64,000 nucleotides of DNA from Promethearchaeota archaeon (GCA_048938005.1 JBHLMQ010000002.1:107784-171783); one strand, 5' to 3'; shown: positions 40,300 to 50,548, counted from the stretch's first letter. The notes: a model not told the origin generated them from the sequence alone. Made by a program: numbers and translations.

Positions 40300-41559
40300 T
40301 TGAAGATTACGGTTCATTATATAAGTAGAATGATAAACAAGATTGAAATCAGAACAAAAATGGAGATTAGAAAACTTACTGAAGAAGACCGTGAAGCTTA
40401 TGGCAAATTAGCTCGATATGCGTTTCAGACGTCGAAAAATACCTATGAGAATTTAGAATGGCCAATAAAATCAAGACCTATGGATCAATTTTATGGTGCT
40501 TTTGATAATGATTTAATGATTGCTGGATGTGGGATAAATCCTTTTGAAATTAAATTTCGATCCATACCTTTAAAAATGGGAGGAATAGATGGTGTTGCGA
40601 CGAAACCAGAATATCGCAATCGTGGTATTGTGAGAGAAATTTTTAAAAGAATGTTCCATGATATGAATGAAAATCAAATACCGATTTCAGTACTTTATCC
40701 CTTTAAAATTGCTTTTTATGAGGAGTTAGGATATAAAACTGTTGATGAGCAGATCTTTTATCAATTTGAAATTTCGGATATCAAATATAAAGAAACTAAA
40801 TATTACATGAAAGAGAATGAAAGAATAAATGAAGATATTATCCAAGTATACAATGAAGTAATAGAAAAATATGATTATATTGCGAAACGAGCCGAAATGC
40901 AGTGGAAAAGATTTTATAAAGAGAACTTTAAATTCATATGTTATAACGGAGATCAACCTGTTGGTTATGTAATTTTATTCTTTCCTAAAAAAACTACTGA
41001 ATCAATTTTTCTTCAAAACATTCAACACCTTGAGAGAACGATATTCGTTATGGAAGCATTTTGGCTTAATCATATGGCTAAGCAAACAATTATTAATTTT
41101 TTATGGACTCATAGAGATCAGCGAGAATATATAGCGGGATATTTTCCTGTCAATGAAAATATAATAGATCTATTAATTTCGCATAGGATTTTAAATCGTA
41201 AAATAGTAGGAAATTCTCTATTAAGAATAATAAATGTAAAGAGTGTTTTAAGAAATCTAGAATATCCCCTCAATAATTTTTCAATATCGCTTCATATTCA
41301 CGATAAATTCTGTCCTTGGAATAACGGATTTTTCTCCTTGACTTCAAATGATGCAATAATAAATGTAGAATTTAAAGAGGCATCAGAAGAATCTGTTGAT
41401 ATTGAAATTGATATTAGCTATTTAGCACAATTACTAGTAGGATTTAGAACAGTTAAAGAACTATTAGAATTCGGTTTAATATCAATAAACCAAGAAAAAT
41501 TTGAAATACTACAAAATCTTTTTCCTAAAATGAATAATTATTTCAAGGATTTTTTCTAA
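40300..41559 (+). CDS. Eis-family GNAT acetyltransferase with SCP2-like C-terminus (likely start ATG at 40360)
   Basis: GVATKPEYRNRG, SVLYPFKIAFYEELGY, LRIINV, DKFCPWNNG, terminal DFF. Confidence 0.92.
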   Translation: MKITVHYISRMINKIEIRTKMEIRKLTEEDREAYGKLARYAFQTSKNTYENLEWPIKSRPMDQFYGAFDNDLMIAGCGINPFEIKFRSIPLKMGGIDGVATKPEYRNRGIVREIFKRMFHDMNENQIPISVLYPFKIAFYEELGYKTVDEQIFYQFEISDIKYKETKYYMKENERINEDIIQVYNEVIEKYDYIAKRAEMQWKRFYKENFKFICYNGDQPVGYVILFFPKKTTESIFLQNIQHLERTIFVMEAFWLNHMAKQTIINFLWTHRDQREYIAGYFPVNENIIDLLISHRILNRKIVGNSLLRIINVKSVLRNLEYPLNNFSISLHIHDKFCPWNNGFFSLTSNDAIINVEFKEASEESVDIEIDISYLAQLLVGFRTVKELLEFGLISINQEKFEILQNLFPKMNNYFKDFF

Positions 41560-41668
41560 AGAAAATCTCTAAGATTAATAAATTTAAAATTTAGCATATA
41601 AACACTTTACATAAAGCTTTTTAAACAATGTAATTTCACTTATATTCATCAATTAAATCTAATTAAAA

Positions 41669-43081
41669 GTGATTTATATGTCAAAAGAAGATAATGATGT
41701 AAAAATTCCTTCTGAAATTCTAACTAGTGAAGAAGTAGAATATGAAACTACAACTTCAAGACGAAATATATTCTTTTGGGCGATGTATGACCTCGCAAAC
41801 ACGATTTACTCTATGGTAATTGTGAGTTTAATTATTAATCGTTATGTGCTGGTGATTGGACAAGTACAATATGGAATGTCTTATGGTGGTGTTAGCTTTC
41901 TCTATGGTACAGTTTCCTTGATTATGCAGTTAGGTGTAGCTATTTGTGTGCCAATTTTAGGAGCGCTCAGTGATAATGTAGGTAAGCGTAAACCTTTCGT
42001 TATAAGTTTAACAGGTATTATCCTTCTTTTTGCGAGTTTACTTGGATTTTTCCAGGATAATATTACAATTGTTTTGATGTTTTACGTTATTGCGAATGTT
42101 GCATTTCAATTTAGTTTGGTTTTTTATGATGCTATGCTTCCATTCATTGCTAAAAGAGAAGATATTGGAAAGGTTGCAGGATTTGGAGTTGCTTGGGGTT
42201 ACTTTGGGACAATACTTTCTCTCTTTATCATGTACCCTCTAATAGTTTTATTGGGTGATATGGTATCGGATCCTACTCAGGGAACTCCAACTTATGGCTA
42301 TACAGGCAATTGGTTACCGTTTGTTTTACCAATGTATTTATTTTTAATTTGTGCTATTCCCTTTCTCTATGTTCGTGAAAAGCAGAAAAAGGGCAAAAGA
42401 CCTCCTATCGGCAAGTTAATTGGTAATACTTTTAAACAGTTAAAGGGAACATTTAAGGATATTAGAAAACATAAATCAATGTTTATCTTTATTATAGGTT
42501 ATTTCTTTGTTGCTGATATTGCTAATGTTATAGTTCTTTATATGACACCAATAGTTACTGATGGTTTAATTATTGCTGGTGGATCAACATTATTTGCAAT
42601 ACTCTTTATAATAATTTCTACATTTTCTGCTGTTGCCTTCACTTATTTTGTCGGAAAATTTGGTCAAAAATATGGAGCAAAAAATACATTTTACCTTGTA
42701 GGCGCTTTGTGGGGAATTTCATTAATTATCGGCATAATATTAGTATTTTTTACAGATGGTATTGATGTTGGTGCAAATCTCCCTTTTATAATGAGTATAA
42801 TCATGGGTGTGGTAGCAGGCCCCGCATTAGGAGGAACATGGACAGCACAACGAATCATGGTGGTAGAACTTGCCCCTAAAGAAAAATTTGGAGAATTTTT
42901 TGGCTTTTCTAAGTTAAGTGGAAAACTTTCTTCAGCAATAGGTCCATTTATTTGGGGGGCTGTTATGTTAACTTTTGATATAATAGGTAAAGTTGCTTAT
43001 GGTTTGGCGATGATCTCTGTTGGAATTATAATGGGAATTGGAATAGTGATAATATCCTTTGTAAAGACAAATCAATCTTAA
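41669..43081 (+). CDS. MFS transporter, UMF1/Atg22-like
   Basis: WAMYDLANT, PILGALSD, FYDAMLP, GEFFGF; about 12 TM helices. Confidence 0.92.
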   Translation: MIYMSKEDNDVKIPSEILTSEEVEYETTTSRRNIFFWAMYDLANTIYSMVIVSLIINRYVLVIGQVQYGMSYGGVSFLYGTVSLIMQLGVAICVPILGALSDNVGKRKPFVISLTGIILLFASLLGFFQDNITIVLMFYVIANVAFQFSLVFYDAMLPFIAKREDIGKVAGFGVAWGYFGTILSLFIMYPLIVLLGDMVSDPTQGTPTYGYTGNWLPFVLPMYLFLICAIPFLYVREKQKKGKRPPIGKLIGNTFKQLKGTFKDIRKHKSMFIFIIGYFFVADIANVIVLYMTPIVTDGLIIAGGSTLFAILFIIISTFSAVAFTYFVGKFGQKYGAKNTFYLVGALWGISLIIGIILVFFTDGIDVGANLPFIMSIIMGVVAGPALGGTWTAQRIMVVELAPKEKFGEFFGFSKLSGKLSSAIGPFIWGAVMLTFDIIGKVAYGLAMISVGIIMGIGIVIISFVKTNQS

Positions 43082-43238
43082 ATTTATTACTAGATTTTCT
43101 TTTTTTTTATTTTTAATAGAATTGTATCTTTTTTTTTGGTTTGAAATTTACATCTAAGCTTTATTTTTCTATCAAAAAAATCAGTTACTTTTTATATTTT
43201 GATTAAGATAACCATAAAAAGAGTTATCCAGATGTATT

Positions 43239-43550
43239 TTGAATTCTAAGATTATTGAAAGGAAGGTAGAAAATTTCTTGAGTAAACTGTTTAAATCCAA
43301 TGAGTCTCTTAATAAAGAGTACTATCAAAAAAAGAAATTTATTTTACTTTCTAAACTCGTAGCAGACTTATTCAATAGCAAAAATTCACGAGTTTGCTTT
43401 AATAATATTTCAAGCTTGATAATATTAATTTTGAATATTTATAATGAACAGTTTCCAGTAGATATTTATTCAAGCGTAAAAGAAAATTCACTAAAAGAAC
43501 ATAATTCCAAATACAAACAAATTTTGAAGGAAGAATTCCTCCTTGAATAA
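43239..43550 (+). CDS. Small protein with degenerate DIY...ILxxEFLL C-terminal motif
   Basis: The C-terminal 50 aa align with 43650..43868. TTG start. Confidence 0.65.
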   Translation: MNSKIIERKVENFLSKLFKSNESLNKEYYQKKKFILLSKLVADLFNSKNSRVCFNNISSLIILILNIYNEQFPVDIYSSVKENSLKEHNSKYKQILKEEFLLE

Positions 43551-43649
43551 TAACTATTCTTAGATTTATCACTAAATCTGTCGAGACTTCCAATTTAAAT
43601 GAACAAGATTTTATTGAGATATTAAAGAGAATTCAGTGTGAGATGAAAA

Positions 43650-43868
43650 ATGGGATTAAATGTATTAAATAAAAAATTTCAGGTTAGTGAAAATGAAATT
43701 GAACTTTCCGAAGATCATATTAATATCTCAAATTTAATTATCCCTTTCTCATTAGTATTTAAAGAATATACCCCACCTGATATCTATAATGGAGAGGAAA
43801 CTATCCCTTTTAAGGAACGAGACTCAAAATTTCAACAAATTCTATTAAATGAGTTTCTATTAGATTAA
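43650..43868 (+). CDS. Small protein, IIPFS-DIY-IPFKERD family
   Basis: Paralog of 38472..38741. Confidence 0.75.
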   Translation: MGLNVLNKKFQVSENEIELSEDHINISNLIIPFSLVFKEYTPPDIYNGEETIPFKERDSKFQQILLNEFLLD

Positions 43869-43971
43869 AAACTCCATGAGAATTCTTGCTTATTTATTTT
43901 AATAAATATAAATATGACTTTGGATCTATATAATTTTAAGAACTGATTTTAAAATTAATAGATGAGATATC

Positions 43972-44601
43972 ATGGAAAAAGTAGATAAAATATATGAAAA
44001 AGTTCATACAAGTTATTTTGCTTTTATTGGGCTTATAATATTTTTCATTGGACTTATACCTGCTATGATAGTACACCCAGGTTTTAATTTCTTTGTTACT
44101 CACGTTAGTTATTTAGGAGGCCCAACAAATAGTCTCTACATATTTTTTAATGTTTGTTGGTTTATTACAGCCATTTTCATAATACTCTTTTTACTAGGAT
44201 TTACACGATTTTTACAGGAAAAAGGTATTGGCGTTAAAAAAGCGTGGATTGCATTTGCCTTTGGTGTGTTATCAGTAATAGGAATTATGGGTATGGCAAT
44301 ATTTAATACAGAGGAGGCTTTCAATCTTCATTACATTTTTGAATTAATTTTCTTCTTCATGGGAATACTATATTTATTTTCTTATTTTTATATCGAATGG
44401 AAATCTCCAGAATTTTCAAAAATACAATCGATATTCAATTTAATAGTAGTTTTCTTTTTTATCCTGTACTTAATTTTGCTAATTGTAAATAGAGTGTTAC
44501 ATGATGTACTTCCTGAAGCACAGACCTTAACAGAATGGCTATTTCTTTTTGCAAACTTATTTTGGTTCTTTGAAAATGGAATTCTTGTCTTGAAAAAATA
44601 G
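43972..44601 (+). CDS. DUF998/Frag1-DRAM-like membrane protein
   Basis: HVSYLGG, FN, LH and EW conserved positions; about 6 TM helices. Confidence 0.75.
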   Translation: MEKVDKIYEKVHTSYFAFIGLIIFFIGLIPAMIVHPGFNFFVTHVSYLGGPTNSLYIFFNVCWFITAIFIILFLLGFTRFLQEKGIGVKKAWIAFAFGVLSVIGIMGMAIFNTEEAFNLHYIFELIFFFMGILYLFSYFYIEWKSPEFSKIQSIFNLIVVFFFILYLILLIVNRVLHDVLPEAQTLTEWLFLFANLFWFFENGILVLKK

Positions 44602-44625
44602 TATAAAATTTCTTTTTTTTTTTAA

Positions 44626-44940
44626 TTATTTTTCAATTGGCATAGTTTTATGTGGAAACACAAAAACATTTTGGCACATAGGACATGCATTATATTTTAG
44701 CAACCAAGAGGATACACATGTAGAATGATACATGCTTCCACAATAAGAACAACTAATAATTTCATGCCTATTTGGATCAACCATTTTATGACAAATTATA
44801 CATTGAACTTTCTTCATCAACTTTTCTTTATTATTCTTTAATTTACTACCACAAAAGCAGCAAAAATTAGTCTCATACTTATTAGATTTAGGTAATCTTT
44901 TCCCACAATAAGGACAAAAATTATAATTTCTCTCAGACAA
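44626..44940 (-). CDS. Zinc ribbon + RING finger protein (E3 ligase-like)
   Basis: CPYC..CCFC, then CIIC...CSYC.GSMYHSTC...W....CPMC. TTG start. Confidence 0.85.
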   Translation of the reverse strand: MSERNYNFCPYCGKRLPKSNKYETNFCCFCGSKLKNNKEKLMKKVQCIICHKMVDPNRHEIISCSYCGSMYHSTCVSSWLLKYNACPMCQNVFVFPHKTMPIEK

Positions 44941-45039
44941 ATATTTTTCACTAAAGATAAGATGTTTATTTCTTAGTAAGTAGAAATAAAAATAGTAATA
45001 AAATGATCTTTAGTCCAATTTTTAACTGAAGTCTAAGAA

Positions 45040-45828
45040 TTATTTGTGTTTTTGAATAAATTCTTTCAATGGAGTAGTGTATTCCTCCTTAAATGAAAAA
45101 ATATTATTATGGCCCGCACCCTCAATTAGAACTAATTTCTTTTCAATTCCTTCAGGTACATTTTCATATATTAGCTTTCCTTCTTCGAATGGAATAATCC
45201 AATCTTGAGTACCATGAATCACTAATACCGGTTTTTGAAATTTTTTAATTCTTGTATCATTTGAATATTCTCTTAATCCTTCAGGTGTGATAGCTGGTCC
45301 GCTGACTCTAAACAATCTTGTCATCATATTATACATACTTGCGAATCCACTTTCAAAAATTATCCCTCGTAAACTATTTGGATTATGAGCACCAATTTCT
45401 GAAGCACAAGCGCTACCAAGTGAACGTCCCAATAAAAATAAAGAATCCCTTAAATTGTTTTCAATCAGCCAATTATAAAACTCGTCATAAATTGGCATTG
45501 CATCAGTAATTAGACTACTATAGATTGGTTCTCCTGTACTGAATCCATAACCACGAAAGTCAACCACAGCTAAATTTACTCCACAATCAAAAAAGAAATC
45601 TAAAAAATATTGGTAATCCGCGGCAATCTCCCCATTCCCATGAAACAATAAGATTGATGGAAAATTTTCATCATTTAAATAGAAAAATCCCCCAATCAAG
45701 ATGTTTTTTTTAATTTTGAATTTTAATACTTTAATATATGAGTCTAAAATAGTTGGTTCACGAATTTTTCGAGGAAAAAAAACAACATTAGAAACTGCAG
45801 GATTATCAATAAATGATTTTTTTACCAT
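45040..45828 (-). CDS. Alpha/beta hydrolase, ABHD13/17 (BEM46)-like
   Basis: LFHGNGE, DFRGYGFS, GRSLGS, IHGTQD, GAGHNN. Confidence 0.9.
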   Translation of the reverse strand: MVKKSFIDNPAVSNVVFFPRKIREPTILDSYIKVLKFKIKKNILIGGFFYLNDENFPSILLFHGNGEIAADYQYFLDFFFDCGVNLAVVDFRGYGFSTGEPIYSSLITDAMPIYDEFYNWLIENNLRDSLFLLGRSLGSACASEIGAHNPNSLRGIIFESGFASMYNMMTRLFRVSGPAITPEGLREYSNDTRIKKFQKPVLVIHGTQDWIIPFEEGKLIYENVPEGIEKKLVLIEGAGHNNIFSFKEEYTTPLKEFIQKHK

Positions 45829-45993
45829 ATTAGAAAACCTCTCATTATATCCTTATAAAATTGGTCTAATGTTTATATTTTTTGTTGAAAAAATGTTTTC
45901 ATAAAAATAGAAACTTTTAAATAAAATTGATATAAGGATTTACTTACCTTTAAATCCAATTTTTAAAAACATAAAACGAGGTAATAATTAATT

Positions 45994-46302
45994 ATGGGAA
46001 TTTTTATGGTAACTATTTGGGTTCCAAACCATAAAGGAGTAGAAATGGCAAAATTGTATTTGAAACAACCAAGAGAAATACCTTATGTAACAAAATGGCG
46101 AGTTTATAATACAGCAGGAGGAGTAGATGGTGCTAAACAATACCACATAATTTATACAGAAAGGGGAAAAGCAGAAGAGGCTGCAGAGGGGGTTATGAAA
46201 TATTTTATGCCATTTTCTAACGAGATTGAAGGATTCCGTTGGCAGGTTGAGAGTTTAATGGGAGTATCCGATACCTATAGAATGCTTGGAATGAAGTGGT
46301 AG
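45994..46302 (+). CDS. Hypothetical protein (102 aa)
   Basis: GAGGT RBS, ATG start, globular composition. Confidence 0.75.
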   Translation: MGIFMVTIWVPNHKGVEMAKLYLKQPREIPYVTKWRVYNTAGGVDGAKQYHIIYTERGKAEEAAEGVMKYFMPFSNEIEGFRWQVESLMGVSDTYRMLGMKW

Positions 46303-46308
46303 TTAAAA

Positions 46309-47250
46309 TCAACTATTAATTTTTTTTTTTATAAATAAATAATTTCTACTTTTTGATATCTTTTTCTTATAAAATGTTATTAGGATTACACTACTTAACA
46401 AAAATAATACAAGAAATACGATGAATGAAGAGCTAATTATAGGTTGTGTTTGTCCATTTGTACAAACTTCATAACCCTGGTCGATCCATGCAGTGATACC
46501 TCCAAGCATATTGTAGACTTTGGTAAAGTTATAAGATACAAGGATCTCACTTGCTTGTTGACTTCTATATCCACTTGCGCAATAGACAATTATCTCGGTG
46601 TCATTAAAAAGCTGAAGTTCATTGATTCTTGATTCAAGCTCCCCACGTGGTATTAGAGTAGCATTACAAATATGACTAGAATCATACTCTTCTTGCGTTC
46701 TAACATCTAATACAATTAAATCGGGATAAAAAGTAAAATTATTTATCATACTATATGCTTCTTGAACAGTAATGTCCGTATAAGTTAAAGATTGCGTTGT
46801 TTCATTCTCAACAGGATACCCTGTTCCTATCCATGCATTAATGCCCCCAAGCATGTTGTATATTTTTGTGAAATTATGATCATCAGCAAGATTTTGGCTT
46901 GCAATTGCACTTCTTGATCCTGACATACAATAAACAATTATCTCCGTATTGTTATAAGGGGCAAGTTCATTGATTCTAGAATCGATATCACCAAGTGGGA
47001 TCAAGGTTGCATTATATAAATGGTTTTCGTTATATTCCCATTGTTCTCTAACATCCAATACAAGTAGAGCAGGATATAACGTGTTATTATTAATCATATC
47101 ATAAGCTGTCTGCACAGAAATATCAGTATATGATTGGGCCTTGACAAGGACTACTGGTATTTGAGTTATTGATAATGTTAAAAATATCGCAACAGAAAGA
47201 ATTAATGCATTTTTAGGCTTAAAAAATCTTAGAGCAAATTTTGAATTCAA
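46309..47250 (-). CDS. Secreted tandem rhodanese-domain protein with C-terminal TM
   Basis: Two copies of LDVR...H...IIVYCxSGxRS...YNMLGGIxAW, plus a signal peptide and TM anchor. Confidence 0.92.
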   Translation of the reverse strand: MNSKFALRFFKPKNALILSVAIFLTLSITQIPVVLVKAQSYTDISVQTAYDMINNNTLYPALLVLDVREQWEYNENHLYNATLIPLGDIDSRINELAPYNNTEIIVYCMSGSRSAIASQNLADDHNFTKIYNMLGGINAWIGTGYPVENETTQSLTYTDITVQEAYSMINNFTFYPDLIVLDVRTQEEYDSSHICNATLIPRGELESRINELQLFNDTEIIVYCASGYRSQQASEILVSYNFTKVYNMLGGITAWIDQGYEVCTNGQTQPIISSSFIVFLVLFLLSSVILITFYKKKISKSRNYLFIKKKINS

Positions 47251-47402
47251 TTTTTCGACCTTTACAATTATAATTAATTCAATATTTACATCAAAATGTA
47301 AATAAAAGAGAGTATTTTAAATTGCTTCTTTTTTCAAATAAGCTTCTTACTCCTAAAATTTATTTTAATCAAATAAAAAATATTCAAACAGTTTTAGTTA
47401 AA

Positions 47403-48149
47403 TTATTTTACTCTTCCTTGAGCAGCAACAGCTTCTATTGCTTTTTCAATTTCCTCTTGGTCACCAAGATAATAATGGGTAATTGGTTTCAAATCATCGT
47501 CTAACTCATATATAAGAGGTACTCCAGTAGGAATATTTAACTTAACTACTTCTTCATCAGGCATATTATCAAGATACTTGACAAGTGCTCTTAAACTATT
47601 ACCATGTGCTGATATCAAGACTCTTTTACCTGATTTTATAGTTGGAGCAATAGTATCATGCCAATAAGGTAACACTCTTGCAACTGTATCCTTCAAACAT
47701 TCAGTTAAGGGAATCTCATCGGCGTTTAAGTCTGCATATTTTGCCTCATTTCCAGGGAATCTAGGGTCGCTTGTTTTTAGAGCAGGAGGAGGGATATCAT
47801 AACTTCTTCTCCAAATAAGCACTTGGTCTTCACCTACTTCAGCTGCCATTTTAGCTTTGAAAAAACCCTGTAAAGCACCATAATGTCTTTCATTTAATCG
47901 CCAAGATCGATACACAGGAATCCACATTAAGTCCATTTCATCTAAAACAATCCATAGAGTTCGAATTCCTCTCTTTAATACTGAGGTGTAAGCTATATCA
48001 AAAGTATAGCCTCCCTCTTTCAATAATTTTGCAGCTTCTTTTGCTTCTTGAATTCCTTTTTCTGAAAGGTCTACATCAGTCCATCCAGTAAATCTATTTT
48101 CTTTATTCCAAGTGCTTTCCCCATGTCTTAAAAGGACTACTTTATACAT
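47403..48149 (-). CDS. gpmA: 2,3-bisphosphoglycerate-dependent phosphoglycerate mutase
   Basis: [45 protein letters not shown]. Confidence 0.97.
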   Translation of the reverse strand: MYKVVLLRHGESTWNKENRFTGWTDVDLSEKGIQEAKEAAKLLKEGGYTFDIAYTSVLKRGIRTLWIVLDEMDLMWIPVYRSWRLNERHYGALQGFFKAKMAAEVGEDQVLIWRRSYDIPPPALKTSDPRFPGNEAKYADLNADEIPLTECLKDTVARVLPYWHDTIAPTIKSGKRVLISAHGNSLRALVKYLDNMPDEEVVKLNIPTGVPLIYELDDDLKPITHYYLGDQEEIEKAIEAVAAQGRVK

Positions 48150-48182
48150 TCCAAATCATTTTCCTAAATTATGGTTATCGTG

Positions 48183-48428
48183 TTATGTAATTATTTTAAA
48201 ACTTAATATATATCTCTTTAGTTTTTATTTCATAAAACTATTTTTAAAGAAGAATAAAATTAGAAGAGAGATATTCAATGAAAGAAAGCGGAATTTTAAA
48301 AGGAGCTCCTCGATAAGAGAAAAATTGGAGAAAAATCAAATTTGGTGAACCTTTTAAGGATGCTCTTGATAAATTTAGAGAAGATGTTCAGAATCGAGGT
48401 GATTTTGACCCTTTATCTTTGCTTCAAT
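48183..48428 (+). repeat. Imperfect ~246-bp direct repeat, copy 1 (copy 2 at 49747..49992)
   Basis: Upstream region plus first 50 codons of 49842..50525, duplicated at an offset of 1564 bp. Confidence 0.92.
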
Positions 48429-48430
48429 AA
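48278..48430 (+). pseudogene. Truncated 5' copy of 49842..50525
   Basis: MKESGILKGAPR*EKNWRKIKFGEPFKDALDKFREDVQNRGDFDPLSLLQ*, with CAA->TAA at codon 13. Confidence 0.9.
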
Positions 48431-48447
48431 CATTTTTATCCTTTTTG

Positions 48448-49365
48448 TTAGTGATCTATGTTTCTTTTTAGTCGTCTTTTTCTTTTTACTAACAGAATAG
48501 TCATTGTAACTATTAATGTCACTGAAACGCTTATTCCCGCAATTATTAAGATATTAATATCAAATGGGAATAATCTACCATTATAAATTATCCCAACTTG
48601 CAGAACATTTGATCTTTCATTATTCCAATCCCAGATATAAATTCTACCATTACCAATATCTGTTATTTTACACCGGTCTTCAGAGATACCATTAGTATAT
48701 TCTCTATATGAATTAGGTATTTTTCCACTTACCTTAAATTCAATGTGTTCTGTTAAGTTCCCTTCCCATGCTCGTGCGGTTCCTATATCGTAATTTATAG
48801 AAAATTGATCACTGTGATATAGAGGATTTGATATAGCACCATTAAATTTATATCTAATAATTTTCGTACTGTTTTTTGAGAGAGTCATATTACACACAAT
48901 TATAACAGGACTACGTGAAGAATACACATTCGATAAAAAATCCCAAATTAATGAAGAAATGTTATAATTAAGCTCATAAATTTCGACTATTTCAAAAGGT
49001 ATAGTTGAACCATTTAACTGAACATCGCAACTGGAATTTACTACTTTAAAATCTAGTGCAAATGGAGCATATAAAGTGATATTAGCATCAATATTTGGAT
49101 TAAATATAGTATAATTTCCATCGAAATTTACACCAATATTATTGTAATAATTTGTAGAATCTATATTGAAAACCACATTAGCATTAAGAAGATTTAAAGA
49201 AATATTATAAGGAATTATTCCTGCCGCAAAATAATCTTCTGGTAGTGGTAACGGATTAGGGTGAACCTTTGGAATTAAAAAATTAAAATTCATTACATTT
49301 GTAAAAATAATAATCACTAGTAAAACTACTTTAAATTTTTTCACTATTAAACCCTCTTTAATCAT
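48448..49365 (-). CDS. Secreted protein with C-terminal TM anchor (DUF4424-like motif)
   Basis: Signal peptide, YDIGTARAWEGNL motif, TM + KRKRR tail. Confidence 0.7.
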   Translation of the reverse strand: MIKEGLIVKKFKVVLLVIIIFTNVMNFNFLIPKVHPNPLPLPEDYFAAGIIPYNISLNLLNANVVFNIDSTNYYNNIGVNFDGNYTIFNPNIDANITLYAPFALDFKVVNSSCDVQLNGSTIPFEIVEIYELNYNISSLIWDFLSNVYSSRSPVIIVCNMTLSKNSTKIIRYKFNGAISNPLYHSDQFSINYDIGTARAWEGNLTEHIEFKVSGKIPNSYREYTNGISEDRCKITDIGNGRIYIWDWNNERSNVLQVGIIYNGRLFPFDINILIIAGISVSVTLIVTMTILLVKRKRRLKRNIDH

Positions 49366-49491
49366 TTAAAAAAATTCAAGGTAAACATTTAAATCTTTTC
49401 TTAAGGCAATAGGATCTGAATTAGATAATATTATGGATATGGTGAGCATTTGACGCGAATTTTAAAAGTAAAAAAAAGAAAATTTGAATAA

Positions 49492-49748
49492 TTATACAAG
49501 GATATCCCTTTTATGGAAGATTAGTATTGAAGCCAAAGCTAATATAATTATATAACTTGAGAGAACAACGATTTTTATAGGAATTGCTTCCCAATTACTA
49601 TTAACAAGGAGATTTGAAACGTCAGAATAGTAAAAAATACTAATATATTTAATTCTTTCCATATTTTCTCCAAAACTTTACCAGAATTGACCAACAGCAT
49701 AAAAAAAGATAATTAGGCCAAACTTAAAGCAAGAGATTTCTTAGTATT
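49492..49748 (-). pseudogene. 3' remnant of an ABC-2 permease gene
   Basis: Manual translation NTKKSLALS/FGLIIFFYAVGQFW*SFGENMERIKYISIFYY...LASILIFHKRDILV*, with one frameshift and one stop. The F-x-KRD ending is typical of these permeases. Confidence 0.7.
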
Positions 49749-49992
49749 ATGTAATTATTTTAAAACTTAATATATATCTTTTTACGTTTTATTTCATAAA
49801 ACTATTTTTAAAAAAGAATAGAATTAAAGGAAGGATTTATAGTGAAAGAAGGTGGAATTTTAAAAGGAGCTCCACGGCAAGAGAAAAATTGGAATAAAAT
49901 CAAATTTGGCGAACCATTTAGGAAAGCACTTGATAAATTTAGAGAAGATGTTCAGAATCGAAGTGATTTTGATCCCACATCATTACTTCAAT
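49747..49992 (+). repeat. Imperfect direct repeat, copy 2
   Basis: Matches 48183..48428. Confidence 0.92.
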
Positions 49993-50525
49993 TTGGATTA
50001 TTTATGTCTATGGCCGTGATTAATATCTTAAAAGAGAATGAGGCTAGATTTGGAGTTGAAGGTCAAAAAGCCGTAAATGACGCATTAGTAAAGACAGGAT
50101 ATGATGTAGGAAAACAAATAGCTGAAAATGTTAAAGTTCCCTCAGAGGTTTCAGATATAGAACTAATGAGTTTCTTAGCAACTATTATTAACACACAAGC
50201 ATGGACATCCATCGAAGATCCTATAGTCGAAAATAAAGATAAGTGTTCATTTGATATTCTTTGGTGTCCACTCCAAGATGTTTATTCTGCATTTGATTGC
50301 CGTGTACAACGATATTTAGTCCAAGGAATTATTAATTATTTCAGAGAGCATTTAATAGAATCAGATTTTCAAATAGAATTTAAATCAACAATTCCAGCTG
50401 GAGCTGATCATTGTCGATTTGTTATAGAACGGAAAAAACCAGGAGAACAAGATAAATGGGAGACATATTCAAGAGTATTAGAACGTACAGCACTGAAAAG
50501 GCTTAAAGGAAGAGAGAAGAAATAA
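49842..50525 (+). CDS. ATC-hydrolase/V4R-like ligand-binding protein
   Basis: WCPL...DC...TIPAGADHCRF Cys pattern. Confidence 0.7.
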   Translation: MKEGGILKGAPRQEKNWNKIKFGEPFRKALDKFREDVQNRSDFDPTSLLQFGLFMSMAVINILKENEARFGVEGQKAVNDALVKTGYDVGKQIAENVKVPSEVSDIELMSFLATIINTQAWTSIEDPIVENKDKCSFDILWCPLQDVYSAFDCRVQRYLVQGIINYFREHLIESDFQIEFKSTIPAGADHCRFVIERKKPGEQDKWETYSRVLERTALKRLKGREKK

Positions 50526-50548
50526 AAATTTTATAATATATTCTTTTT

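Noticed and set aside
6048-44601. A GPI-anchor-like pathway from the GT-C, inositol-lipid synthase and Frag1-like genes
   Set aside because: The genes are tens of kb apart and each family is widespread in prokaryotes; there is no evidence of linkage.
48112-48348. 78-aa ORF on the + strand
   Set aside because: Overlaps the gpmA start and reads the duplicated fragment out of frame.
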